Assembly (NCBI GenBank): GCA_038496445.1 | Contig: JALMLS010000631.1 | Span: 145,388 to 209,387, forward strand | DNA from: Trichosphaerium sp. ATCC 40318 | Lineage: Eukaryota; Protista; Tubulinea | Length of the DNA: 64,000 nucleotides | Reading direction: 5' to 3' | Shown: one piece after another, positions 36,910 to 48,592 of the stretch | Position numbering within the stretch: position 1 is the stretch's first letter | How the letters are laid out: every line of letters starts with the position of its first letter | The notes under the pieces: model-generated | Database searches by the model: none | Seen by the model: only the letters and a program-made list of their open reading frames with translations | Told to the model about the DNA's origin: nothing | Program-made: the position numbers and the translations under genes

Positions 36910-38860
36910 ATGGCTCGATTCATTAGGGATGCTTTGCAATTAAATATCGCTAATTGTACTAAACAAACTCGACAACGTAAGAAAACGTTCCAAGCAGATA
37001 TAAAACGAACCGCTGCCGTACGTTTTCTTTAAAACAGACATTAAAGCTCAAATGACAGTGTAAAAATTAGCTAAAAGTTCTGACGTGACTTTAAGCGCCT
37101 AAACATCAAGAAACGCAACGCAAACTTGACACTTGACCAAAAACGAGTAGCTTTTGAAGAGGCGGCAATGGTATTGCGCGTGCACCTCTTCTCTGATTGG
37201 TACAACGTAGGTATGCAAGATTTGGTACGAGCCAATAAGCAAGTGCAATACTGGCACGTGATTAGCTGTCAAATAATTTTGCAACTAAAATTTACAATTA
37301 GGGAGAATCGTAGTGGGCTGATTACAACTTATCTATTCGAGATTTATCCTGACTACAACTGGGACTCATGGAAATTCAAGTACATTTAAAAAGTGAAAGT
37401 AGAGCATGTGTTAACAAGAACACAGGGTTGTACCTACTGAGTTTTGGAGTGATCGATTTAATTGCCTTGCTTGTCTCAATTATATTGGTGGTCTATTGAA
37501 TGTTAAGGTTCTAGAAGATTGGAATACTATTAGTGCACAAGATTTCGCAAAGCATGGGGCAGGAAAATTGCTCAGGTTCGCCATTGACAAGTAGAAAAAA
37601 GCTAAAAGTATAACGTGTTTAGTCACTTCGACAGCAGTATTGTGGCTTGTCTAGAGTACGCTTTTCCACATTATCAGTGGAAGTCGCAAGTAAGAAGGAC
37701 AGGTGAGATATATTGGAGTGATACAAAGAAACAGTCAAAGAGACTTGAAGTGATTGGACAGCGTCTTGGTATGAAGACACTAGATGATTGGTATAAAATA
37801 GAAAAACGACAAATAGTTAGGATGAGTTCACGTGAGATGTTGTACGTGAAATCTATTTACGTGATTGACTGCGCCTTTTCTCACTTGTTTGTAATAGAAA
37901 TGTTCATAATGGATCTGTGTATAATTGTTTACAGACAGCCTTTCCTTCATACGAGTGGAGCCCTTATAAATTTAGAAAGAAAGCCTTTTGGCAGACTTCA
38001 AAAAATAGAACAAATTTCTTGGGTGAGATAAAGCAACGATTTAACATTACCAACCCCGATGCCTGGTAAGACTTATTATTTCAAGACACGTTGTAAATAT
38101 TATAATTTAAGGTATCGCGTATCTACGGACCAATTAAGGGCATATGGAGGTACAGGATTACTACAGTATTGGCCTCACGTTCTTGGTAACATTGAGCCTA
38201 ACTTTAAATGGCAATGGCATCGTTTTGGGTTCCTTGGAAAACATGCAGAGCAAAGGTTAGTAAATGACATATCATTTAGTGATGGGGCTAAGTGGATATT
38301 CTTAGGGCATTGGCACAGTGTATCAGGGAGATATTTCCACAAGCGGAGGTAATAGAAGAAGCAACAATAGGTTTACAAGGAATGAATTATACGCGGATAT
38401 CTGTTGATATTTATGTACCACAATATAGCTTAGCTATAGAGTATCAAGGTGTACAACATTATAGTGATACATTCAAATGGCATAGTGGGATGCAAATCTC
38501 AGAAATACAAAAAATCCGAGATATGGAAAAGAATCAACAGTGTAAAAATGCGAGTACGTTTGGAACCACTTTGTCCTCTACAGATGTTGTTAGCAACTCA
38601 CCTTGTATTTATTAGATATACACCTTGTTCCTATCCCGTATTGGTGGTCTCCAGGTGATATAGGGGCGCTTATTGCAACAATGATGTACTACTATCCAGA
38701 TCTTGGATTGGAAATACCAAGTGGTGCTGTTCCTTTGCTTGAGGAGCCTCAGGATAACAAACGTGAGTATTTTAAGTTTATCAAGATAGCTTTACTTACT
38801 CACTACCGATTAGGTAGCCCACTCATGGTGCCTCCTGCAGAAATGAACACATTTGCATAA
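36910..38860 (+). CDS. Tandem ~70-aa 'DWY' repeat protein (4 repeats) with a C-terminal RAP/Vsr-like endonuclease-fold domain (paralogue A)
   Basis: Repeats centred on SDWYNV, EDWNTI, DDWYKI and DAWYRV. C-terminus VIEE...SVDIYVPQYSLAIEYQGVQHY...RDMEKNQQCK...HLVPIPYWW. N-terminus MARFIRDALQL. Confidence 0.8.
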
Positions 38861-38987
38861 AGGGAATAATTTTATTCAAACCACTAAACCTTAATTCAAC
38901 ATTCCATTTTATTACGAATTATAGTTTTATTCTTGTGTTAGTCTCTTGTTGTCCTTCATTTGTACTGGCTTTGTAAATATTATAAGA

Positions 38988-40342
38988 TTACAAGTACTTC
39001 ATGTGGAATTCAATATGCTCTTGTATGAATGTAGAAATAAAGAAGTAGCTATGATCATAACCATCTTGCATCCTGGAAAATGTACAATCAGAAAAAAATA
39101 AATGAAATCAAAAGCTGTACCTGACATCCAATGCAACATTTGTATTTCCTTTAGCGGCAGCCTTAAACAAATGTAAAAATCTACACCAAGTACAGACAAT
39201 AGACTTACAGTAAGGTTTTCAGGTAACAGTTGCTTCTTCCCCAAGAAACCATCAACTGTACCCTACGCAAAGTTGTTACAACAAATACTGAGCCCTTCTT
39301 GGATAATCCTGATCCTTCGTAAAAGAAAACTGTTCACGTGATTACCTGGTCAACAAGAATTGGTAGAGCGTCTCCTTCTCGTTTGTAACTCTTAATCAAT
39401 TCGGTAGCATCATAAGCCTAAGTCAAGAGTAAGAATATTGGCGTTTTTTTTCAACCGAAATTTCAAAAACCAGAAAAATAGAGCACGTGCCTTCCAATCT
39501 TCTTTGTTGCTTCCAAGGTATCCCCCAAAGCATTTTTCGCCCCATGGGCAATTTACTGGGTTACTTATAGGAGCAAATGCGGAAACACTCTATACACAGT
39601 CGTGTGAGAGAACGTCGTGTGAAAAATAAAAATACCTTAAAAGTGTTTGTCTTTAAACCAATAATAAGAGCACCATGGCCGCCCATTGAATGTCCTGTGA
39701 TACCTTGCCTGTTAACGTCTACTGGTGCAAGAGATTCTACAACTTTTGGAAGCTCTTTTGTTATGTAGGAGTACATGCGATAATTTTTCCACTTTGGTTC
39801 AGTGGCGTCAACGTAGAAACCAGCGCCAGTGCCTAGACTGTTGTAAATAGATGTAAAATTGGTGTTCCTCTCCTAAGACGCTATGTAGTGCACACAAAAA
39901 GATTTAAGCGGTAACGAAGTTGTGAATATAAACGTACCAAAGTCCCAACTCTCGTCTTCACCTTCAACGCCTAGTCCTCCTTTTGATAACAATAAGCGTT
40001 TAGAAAAAAAAAAAACCGAATGACACGCACTTGGTGAAGTGTCTGGAGCGATTAGAATCAACCCCTTTTCTGCAGCGTATTTCTGGGCACCTGCCTTTTG
40101 AATAAAGTTTTGATCTGTGCACGTCAAGCCTGACAAGAAGTAGAGGACTGGGTAAGCTTTCGACGCCTAGGTATTTAGCTATTATTACGCCCAATAATAC
40201 GTACAGCGTCTTTATCATTAGAATCGAAAGGCAAATAGATGTGAAACTTCATTTTACAGCCGAGTTCGGTTGACATATGCTCATAGCGATCTACTGAACC
40301 TCCAAAGCAGCGTGTTGAGTCTAGTTGTTTAGGTGCTTCCAT
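38988..40342 (-). CDS. ESD: S-formylglutathione hydrolase (esterase D)
   Basis: [78 protein letters not shown]. Confidence 0.96.
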
Positions 40343-40509
40343 TGTTTTTTGTAACTGAAAAAATACAGTTTAAGTCGCACCACGCCTTGTACCAAGTTAA
40401 AAGCCGTTAATAGTCCATGCACAGAGTGAAACTACTCACCAGAGATTGATCCACACGCAAATTAAGAGCACCTGTCAACCAACGTGAGCTATGCGTCATT
40501 TGATGATTT

Positions 40510-43272
40510 ATGCTTCGTATTTCATCAAGAGTGGCAGCCAATAGCAGTGGTACGCAATTGTAAAAAAATACCAATAATTAGCTCTTCTACGCTTAAATGC
40601 GCGTTTTATGTACTGATGCTCATCAATTTGACTAGATAAAGCCTCCAAAAACCTTTTGAATGAGCGCTTCTTTTTTGATGTTACAATTGCACCCACATTC
40701 AACCTTAAGACAATTGACGCGTGGTACAATGTAGTAAGCGCTGATTTTTTGGACGCGGGGTTCTTCAAGTTCATAGACAGGTAAGTTTTTCAAAAAGCTT
40801 GCCTAGTCCAAGTGATCTCACTTTACCCACCAGATATGGTGGATCTCCATCCAAGTGTCTACAAAATGTGTACCCTGAATACGAGTGGGTATCGTGGAAG
40901 TTCAAGTACGTCACCTTTTCATTGCAAATCACGTGACTCCGTTTTTGATACGTCTTCTTGACGACTATGTAATGACAGTATCGTTCAAGGGGTGGTCCGA
41001 GAGGCCATTGGGAAGATATAAAAGCTAGGTTATCTAAACTTGAGGCAGTTGCAGAGGAACTTGAACTCAAAGTCGTTGAAGACTGGTATAAGGTTAATAT
41101 TAGAGCTTTTCGAAACGTTAGTGGTTCAGGAGTCTTGGCAAAGTACGCTTATGAAAACACCATAGATTAATGTTAATATCTTAAAAGAGATGGTGGATCC
41201 CTTATAAAATGCCTTGCAGAAATATATCCAAACTTTGAATGGATAGAAGACAATTTCAAGTGCGCTCATTGTCTTTGATTGTCAAAAAAATGTTGTTCCT
41301 TACTTTTTCTTTTTTGTACTTTAGTATGGTGACACGAGGTCATTGGAGCGACCAAAACAATCTTGTAGATTTTTTTAATAAGGTTGGTGAAAAAGAGGGA
41401 ATAAAGGATTTAGATGGATGGTATGACCTATCACGTAAGGCCATGGAAAAACACAATATATTTCGGTTTATAAGGTAAACTATTTTTCTGATCCCTACCT
41501 GCTTTGTCATCATTTCATCGTGTCTAAGACTTCTTTGCATAGAAGTAAAAAGGGGTTACTGGATAAACTTATTAAAGTATTTCCTAATTACCGATGGCTC
41601 CCAGTAGAGTTTTGGGAAAGCAGGTTTCTTCTTATTTGCATTTTTCAACATTGAGTGACCTGTTGTTAGACGTGCGCCTGCTGGGTATTGGAACTCAATG
41701 GATAATCAACGCGCTCAATTTGAGGTTATTGGCCGACTATCGGGGATCAAGACAATGGATGGTTGGTATAAGGTCCCACAAGAAAAAATACTCAGCGATC
41801 AATCTTTGAACTCCATAATGATATCAAAGTGCGTCCCACAGTTTTTAACCAGTTGAATACTCAAATCTTGTCAGGTATAGTGGATATTTAGATAAGGCAC
41901 TGATGAGGTTGTATCCTCATTACTCTTGGGATTCATCACAGTTCAAATCTAGACGTACTAAACACCGACAGCATATCAACATGCAAAGAATGATTTTCGA
42001 AAATATTGGTAAAGAACTGGGTGTTAAGATGCTAGATGATTGGCGGGATATACCTGCTACAGATATTGCAAAGAAAGGTGGATCAGGAATTGTTCAATTA
42101 AAGTACTACACTGCATAAAGAGAAGATGTAAACTGACTTGTTCAACAAAAGGTATAATTCGTCAAGGAACAAAATGTTACAAGGTCTTTATCCACAACAT
42201 CCATGGAATTTTCCTGTCATTGAATACGTTGAAAAAGGCCACTGGTACGCTTAAACACTTACTGAACACCAAGTTTACATAATTCATTAACTAACTAGGC
42301 TCGACACAACAAATCAGCGCTCGTTTTTAACGAAAGCCACTAAAGCATTGAATATTACTAACAACGAACAATGGTGCCACCTTTTTTTATCTTTTCTTTT
42401 TCTTATTAATGGGTAAAGGTATCGTGTTTCAGAGGATCAAATACGCTCTTTAGGCGGTAAAGGATTACTTGCCTATTTCCCAAGAGTTCTAAGTGTACTT
42501 GATTCTGAGTTTCCTTGGCAATGGCATAAGTTCTTACATAAAGCAAAAAGAGCACGACAAAGGTACAATATATTCAACACGTGTTGAGGCTTAATCTCAT
42601 ATCAAAATTTGCAGGTGGCTTCGCCATAGTATCAAGAGAGTATTACCTTCTATTGAAGTATTAGAAGAGCATGCTATTGGTAGCATTAACGCATCTGGGA
42701 GCCCTTTGACAGTTGATGTATTTGTTCCAAAACATGACCTTGCTATTGAATATCAGGGTACGCATACTTGTTTGCCTGCAACGACTTATATGCTTTGTAA
42801 AGGAGAACATCACTATCACGAAAACATGGCTTACTCTCAACCAAAAGCGATGTATCTCCTACGTGATTTTGAGAAAGCTCAGCATTGCAAAGACAATGGT
42901 AAGAAAAAGCAACTAAAGAGTTTTTCAGCTCAAACTTTAATTGAACTTCCTTAGGTATATGTTTGGTGCCTATACCATATTGGTGGCCTGGCGATTTAGA
43001 TACACTTGTAGCAACATTATTATATTTTAAGCCAGACCTTGAGGTTTCTCATAAAATCACTAAACACATTGAACCATTATGTGAAAAACCAGTTGAGAGT
43101 ATTCAGCCAGGTGACTCTCCAGGTACGCTTGATATCCTTTTTATTTCTTTTGTTTCTATCAAAAAGGGTTAAGGCACTTTACTAATGATTGTTCTTACAA
43201 GGTGAGAAACTAATGAAGCCTACTTCAAATACAAGAGATACATTTGTTGAAATGGTTATTCAATGTACATAA
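40510..43272 (+). CDS. Tandem ~70-aa 'DWY' repeat protein (6 repeats) with a C-terminal RAP/Vsr-like endonuclease-fold domain (paralogue B)
   Basis: MLRISSRVAANS; repeats DAWYNV, EDWYKV, DGWYDL, DGWYKV, DDWRDI and EQWYRV. C-terminus VLEE...TVDVFVPKHDLAIEYQGEHHY...RDFEKAQHCKDNGICLVPIPYWW. Confidence 0.8.
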
Positions 43273-43801
43273 TCGACAAGGTTTGAAGTCATTGGCGGGT
43301 GTACACACTATATACTTGTATGGGTTGTACTCAGATTACACTCGTGTTGAGGCATTAACTGGTGCACAGAATGTAATATACTAGCAAAATGCTCATTTTT
43401 TAATCACAATGAGTTTGTTTATGCTTTGTGATAGAAAAAAATTATTGTGCCACAAAAGTTAGTACCATGAACGCCCTTTAGTACCAATAACATTATATCT
43501 GGTTTCACTTTTTTTGCAGCACCGTTTTTGAAGTTGAAATTTATAAAACGTTTCTGTCATCAAGATATTTCCGCTGGATTATCCGCTTATTTCCTATTTT
43601 AAAAAACGGTACATGTGCCTTTTGTCTAGAAGTTCTTGCCTGAGGCAAGGAGAGATAGTTTCCTATAGTTGAAACCGACACGGCCGCTCAGAAAAAAACC
43701 GGAAAATTCCGCGGAAAAGCTACCTTAACATCAAGTACATTATATCGTCATTAAACGAATATAAAAGTATGGCAGATAGCACTTTGGTCGAAGTTGAAGG
43801 C

Positions 43802-44525
43802 ATGACGCTCCATTGGGGTGACGAAGTACCTAAAGTACGTGAAAACAGCTTGTAAACGCGCTATCAAATTGATACCGCCGTTTATTGTAAAGGTAAGGTT
43901 AAACCTCGTATAGAACATTAAAGACATAGCTCTCAAGTACATAAAAGAAAATCCCGGGTACACCATTGACATAGAGCCTTGTACAAAAACGTACGCAAGA
44001 CGGTGCCCTCGAAACATGTCCCATTAATTCTTTATGAAGTGTATCAGTTGAAATAGATGGAGTAGTTGTCGCTGAAAGTAAAGAGGCTGTAGAAGTTCAC
44101 GAAACAGCGCATAAAATGGTAGGTCAACAACTGCAAAGAGTCTAGCAGCTACGCCAAATGGAGTAGTTAAGCTTCATTTGCGCTAGTAAAAGTTGCATGA
44201 AAAAAAACACGTGTTTAAATCGACTGTTGACTGGATTAACCTTAGGTTTATTACTTACCACGAAAGGATGTCAAGGGGAAATTTGACTCCAGGAAGGAAC
44301 ATACTGTGCGTATTCAACTGGTTTACAATATGATTTTTGACTTTCTGTTGTATTTAGAGTCACTGTCCTTTTAAGGGTATGGCGTCATACTATGATATAG
44401 ATATAAATGGTAAACAATACTCTAATGCTATTTGGAGCTATGAGACACCAATAGATAGTGTAAAAGGAATCAAGGATCTGGTTTCTTTCATGCCACAAGA
44501 AACGTTGAAATGGAAGGTTGAGTAG
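43802..44525 (+). CDS. DUF427 (NTP_transf_9) domain protein
   Basis: V.IDGVVVAES..A..V.ET....VYYLPR.DV, SHCPFKGMASYY, NAIWSYETP...V..IKDLVSF; 4 introns. Confidence 0.88.
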
Positions 44526-44653
44526 CCAGTGTTTAGTCTTGCATCTATTGTTACAATGTGTCAATGCTAGATATCTTTGTTTTTAATCACGTGAGCAATA
44601 AAGTAAAATAAATGGTGTTTGACAAACTTTGTTTATTGAAAGCAAAGCAAGAC

Positions 44654-45552
44654 TTAATGACACAAGTTTTGCATGGTTTCAGCTCCTTTTACTGGAGGAG
44701 ATGTCGCTGAATTTTCTGTCACAAGCTTGATAGCAACATGGAAAGGATCATGGACTGTCTTAAAGATAGCGTCACCTTGTACGTTGTTCCAAAACTGAGC
44801 AACTTTAGGAGGAAGTTGATCATCGTATTTCCCAACATAAACACTCTGAGCAAGAGATGAAGCTAGTACCAAATCAGCTATACTTAAGTTCATTCCAACA
44901 AGCCAATGAGAATCTTTAAAGTAATTGTCATTATAAAAAGATAGCTAAACAGAAAAGTCAGGAATAAAACCACCTCTGAGAATACTCACCTCATCATGTA
45001 GTTTGTTATGTATTTCTCTTACTTTGCCAGTGTCTTTTTCCTTTACTTTGAGAACAGTAGGTCCAAAGAATGATTCATATGCTAGAGTGTTGGAAGTCAC
45101 AACAACATTTCCTCTTAACGACTCATAAACACTGTCAATCTGTTTTGATAATACTTAGCTTAACACTGCCACTAACAGTCGTTTACCTTTGATAGCGATT
45201 CCAGGTCAGTAACTGGATAAAGCAAACTCGATTTTTTGATGCACAAATACCTTTGACAAGTCAGGATAAAACTATCACAATGGGGTGAACAAAAATACCT
45301 TGCTATTGCCCCTGAATCGCATACGATAGAGTCTTCATCCTTTAAAACGGGTATTTTACCTCTAGGATTCAATGACAAGAATTGTGGCGTCTTTTGCTCG
45401 CTCTTGACGAGGTTAACTTCCTTTGAAGAATAAGATGTCATGTGTAATAAAGGTAGTCGTACTGATAGCTTTACGTTTACATTTGTAGCCACTGCTACCA
45501 TGTACGCAAATCTTGATGGTAGAGATAACGGATTCCAATAGAGGGTTGTCAT
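44654..45552 (-). CDS. Glutathione S-transferase (theta/phi-like)
   Basis: LYWNPLSLPSR, V.LVKSEQKTPQFLSLNPRGKIPVLKDED.I+.DSGAIARYL, WLVGMNLSIADL. Confidence 0.88.
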
Positions 45553-45994
45553 TTAGTATTTCACTATAAGTATCAGTCAAATTCCAAACGAAATTTCACC
45601 TTTTTTTGTACCGGCGTTTTTTCCTTTACTTTATTTTCCCGATGGTACACATAAAATTTATCCGTGTCATCTTCTCTCAAAGTTTGAGCAATATCTCAGG
45701 TATACCCACATGGGATAAGTTTGTGTTCGAAAAACTTGTGTAATCAGAGGCTCAACCGTGTTCACAGAACGATTTTCTTGGTTCTGGGCTTCGGTTTCTA
45801 AGTATTACAGCTTGACACTGTGAATATTAATATCAACTCAGTGGGTAGAACGGTACTTTTTAGAGCATCTGAGGCTCGAGAGTCAAATTCACTAGAGTTT
45901 TGACTCAATTTTGATTCTCTTAAATGTTGACTTTTGTGTTTGTAATTAAACGGAACAAAGGCAACGCAACGGGTGCCAAATACCTCCACTACAA

Positions 45995-46873
45995 ATGAAA
46001 CGTCGCAAACGCAAAGTAAAGATCGTAGGCAGAAAGAAGAAAAAGGCGCCAACAACGAATAACACTCTAAAAGCGCTGAAACAATCTCCATTCGAAAACT
46101 ACGATATTGCCGTGCTCATAGTACAAACAGCATTTCCTGTAGTAAATTTTACACAAATTAACGCCTGGGGACGTCTAAACACCACACTTCACGAAGTAGT
46201 CAATGCTGAAGCGACGTTAAGCCATTTTTACGAGCGTCATTATTGCCCAAAATATAAAATCACAGGCACCCTCTCAGATCCTTCTATCATCAAAGAATTC
46301 TTGCAAAACCGCCTCAAATTCGATAGAGAACCCACGCCGAAAAAGCCACACTTAACCAGCTGTTTCATGGCCGACAACCATCTCGGCGATGACGCTCGCA
46401 ATAAGCTCAGAATGGTTATACAACGTAGTACTCTTCCTGATAACCTAAGGTTGATCACACGCTACAATACGTACAATACCGAAATTTACCGCATGAGCAC
46501 TGATGAAGTACGAGAATTACAAACAACAGTTGATATTTTTCCCATCCGAGCTTCTCAAGGAACAAAACCACTCAATGTGACACTAAACTGTAGTGATACT
46601 ATGGAGTTCGGTGCCGGAAGGTTAAGATGCAACATTACAATTTTACTAGACGATAAACTCGTGTGCAAAGGAGCGGCAGAATGGGGAGGCTCGTTAGACA
46701 AAATACAAGTAAAAACTGAAAATCTTGAGAAACTCTACAATATCATTAGTTGGGATAAGAGTAAAGACGCTACTAAGATTGAAAAAGTGTTGTTCATCAT
46801 GACAGCATTATCACAACTACATTGGCCTGCTGAAATACTTAGTTCAGATTACCCTCAGGTAGAAGAGGAATGA
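45995..46873 (+). CDS. Hypothetical intronless protein with a basic NLS-like N-terminus and a possible degenerate F-box
   Basis: 292-aa ATG-to-stop ORF; MKRRKRKVKIVGRKKKK; PFENYDIAVLIV...INAWGRLNTTLHEVV is weakly F-box-like. Confidence 0.6.
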   Translation: MKRRKRKVKIVGRKKKKAPTTNNTLKALKQSPFENYDIAVLIVQTAFPVVNFTQINAWGRLNTTLHEVVNAEATLSHFYERHYCPKYKITGTLSDPSIIKEFLQNRLKFDREPTPKKPHLTSCFMADNHLGDDARNKLRMVIQRSTLPDNLRLITRYNTYNTEIYRMSTDEVRELQTTVDIFPIRASQGTKPLNVTLNCSDTMEFGAGRLRCNITILLDDKLVCKGAAEWGGSLDKIQVKTENLEKLYNIISWDKSKDATKIEKVLFIMTALSQLHWPAEILSSDYPQVEEE

Positions 46874-47131
46874 ACCACTGCCTGAAAAGAAGAAAAAACG
46901 CAGAAAAAAAAGGTAAAGAACAAGCTTTTATCTCAATAAAATTCTATTCTACATTGCCTACTATTTTACACTTACACTCAAAGCTTTTTGTTGTGGACCT
47001 TGCATCTAGTTTTTTTTTGTTAGGGCATACACATGAGTCTTTTTTCACTTCAGCTCGGTTGTCAAGGCTTTCTTTCTTCTTTCCGAAGTCATTCAATCAT
47101 TCGTTCTTTGCACTTCTTGATCTCATAGGTA

Positions 47132-48506
47132 TCACAATAATGTTTGTACGGAGTTGATTAATTGCCTAAACAATTATTATTAATAACCTAACTTGCTACA
47201 GCCTTTGGCAATTGAAAAAAAATGCCTGTACTTTTGTGAAAAAAGATTCGAAAAAGTTGAGTTTACCATTGTTTAGATTTGCGAGATACTTTTGAGAAGA
47301 GGTGCCACTGCCATGTAAAATCATTATTTAAACCAGACAATGCGTAAGGGAAATAACGACAGAATCCTCCGCCTCCAAGTGCAGCAATCTGGTCAATAGA
47401 AACACGGTACCTAATTGCGAGTAAAAAAATCAATGTGACACTTTTTTGGGTTAAAAAGAAAAGCCTTTGTTGTGTCATAAAGACATGTACAAAAACTGAG
47501 AATTAAATTGAATTAGTACCAATCTTGTGGTGAGCGTATACGTAATGCATTAGCTGTAGTTTTTAAGAACGCCATTTGATTAACTGGCTCCTCCCAATAA
47601 CCAATTGGTTTCTCTCTATTGACCTTAAAATTCCATGGAAATTCTGTATAAAGTGACTGTAACATCCTTGGCAACGAACCACGATAACTAAATAAATAAA
47701 TATAAACATTAAGAGTATCTGAAGAGCAAAAAAAAAAGAAAGAAAAAAAAGTTAAATGTCATGTGTCAACAACATGTCAAAATGTCATTTTGCTTTTTTT
47801 AATTACCTATGAAGTACAGTTCCGCCTCCACGTTTTATAACCTGTGTTGTCCTCACGGTATGCCAATCACTCAGAGTTTTGACGTCAAGGGCCTTTGCTA
47901 TGTTGCTAAGAGTATTACGCTGATCATTGGCCCAAAATCGTTGAAGGTTGCTTGTAAATTGTTCTGGACGCCAATTGTATTTTGGATAAATACTACTGAG
48001 CGCCTTATACATGGAGCTGTCATACCTTGGATCAACGAGTAAGCGTTGAAAAACGGTTTTTTGCTAGTTTACTTTGTTGAGAAGATTGCAGCACCTTTCT
48101 CTGCCAGAATATCGCTAGGCGATACGCTGTACCAATCTTCTAGGGATTTTAAACGTAGGTTACGCCCAATCGCGTTAAACTTGTCTATTTGGTTTCCCAA
48201 TGCGTCCCAATGGTTTGCTGGTACGTTTTTAAAGCGCCACTCTTGCCAATTATGCGTTGGAAACAGTACGCGCAGAGCTCGCGAAAGAGAGTAATTATAC
48301 CTGTACGCTAATTAGTGGTTACGTAGTTGACGCAATTATTATTACTTTTTAAGTATGGTTCCGCCACCAGCTTGCTCTACGTCATCAGTTGTAACAGTAT
48401 ACCAGCCATTAAGTGTTGTAATGTGTAGCTTTGGTGCTAAAACAGTTATAAACAAATGTCTGTGGTGGGCTCTATTGCCTGCCCACTTGAAGGTACGGTA
48501 TTGCAT
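47132..48506 (-). CDS. Tandem ~70-aa 'DWY' repeat protein (4 repeats) lacking the nuclease domain (paralogue C)
   Basis: Repeats NGWYTV, EDWYSV, SDWHTV and QDWYRV. The last repeat ends WQWHLF..SRKSKQW|QLINSVQTLL* at the point where A and B continue into the nuclease. Confidence 0.75.
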
Positions 48507-48592
48507 TAATTAGACGGAAATAGTTGGAAAAGAAAAAAAAAACAAATTGGCTTCGATTTTTTGACACAAGAACAGGTTCGATATTGAACGAA

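Noticed and set aside
36910-48506. Repeat-nuclease genes as transposons or homing-endonuclease insertions
   Set aside because: No terminal repeats, target-site duplications, transposase or RT motifs, or host intron/intein were seen. The copies are highly diverged and intron-rich.
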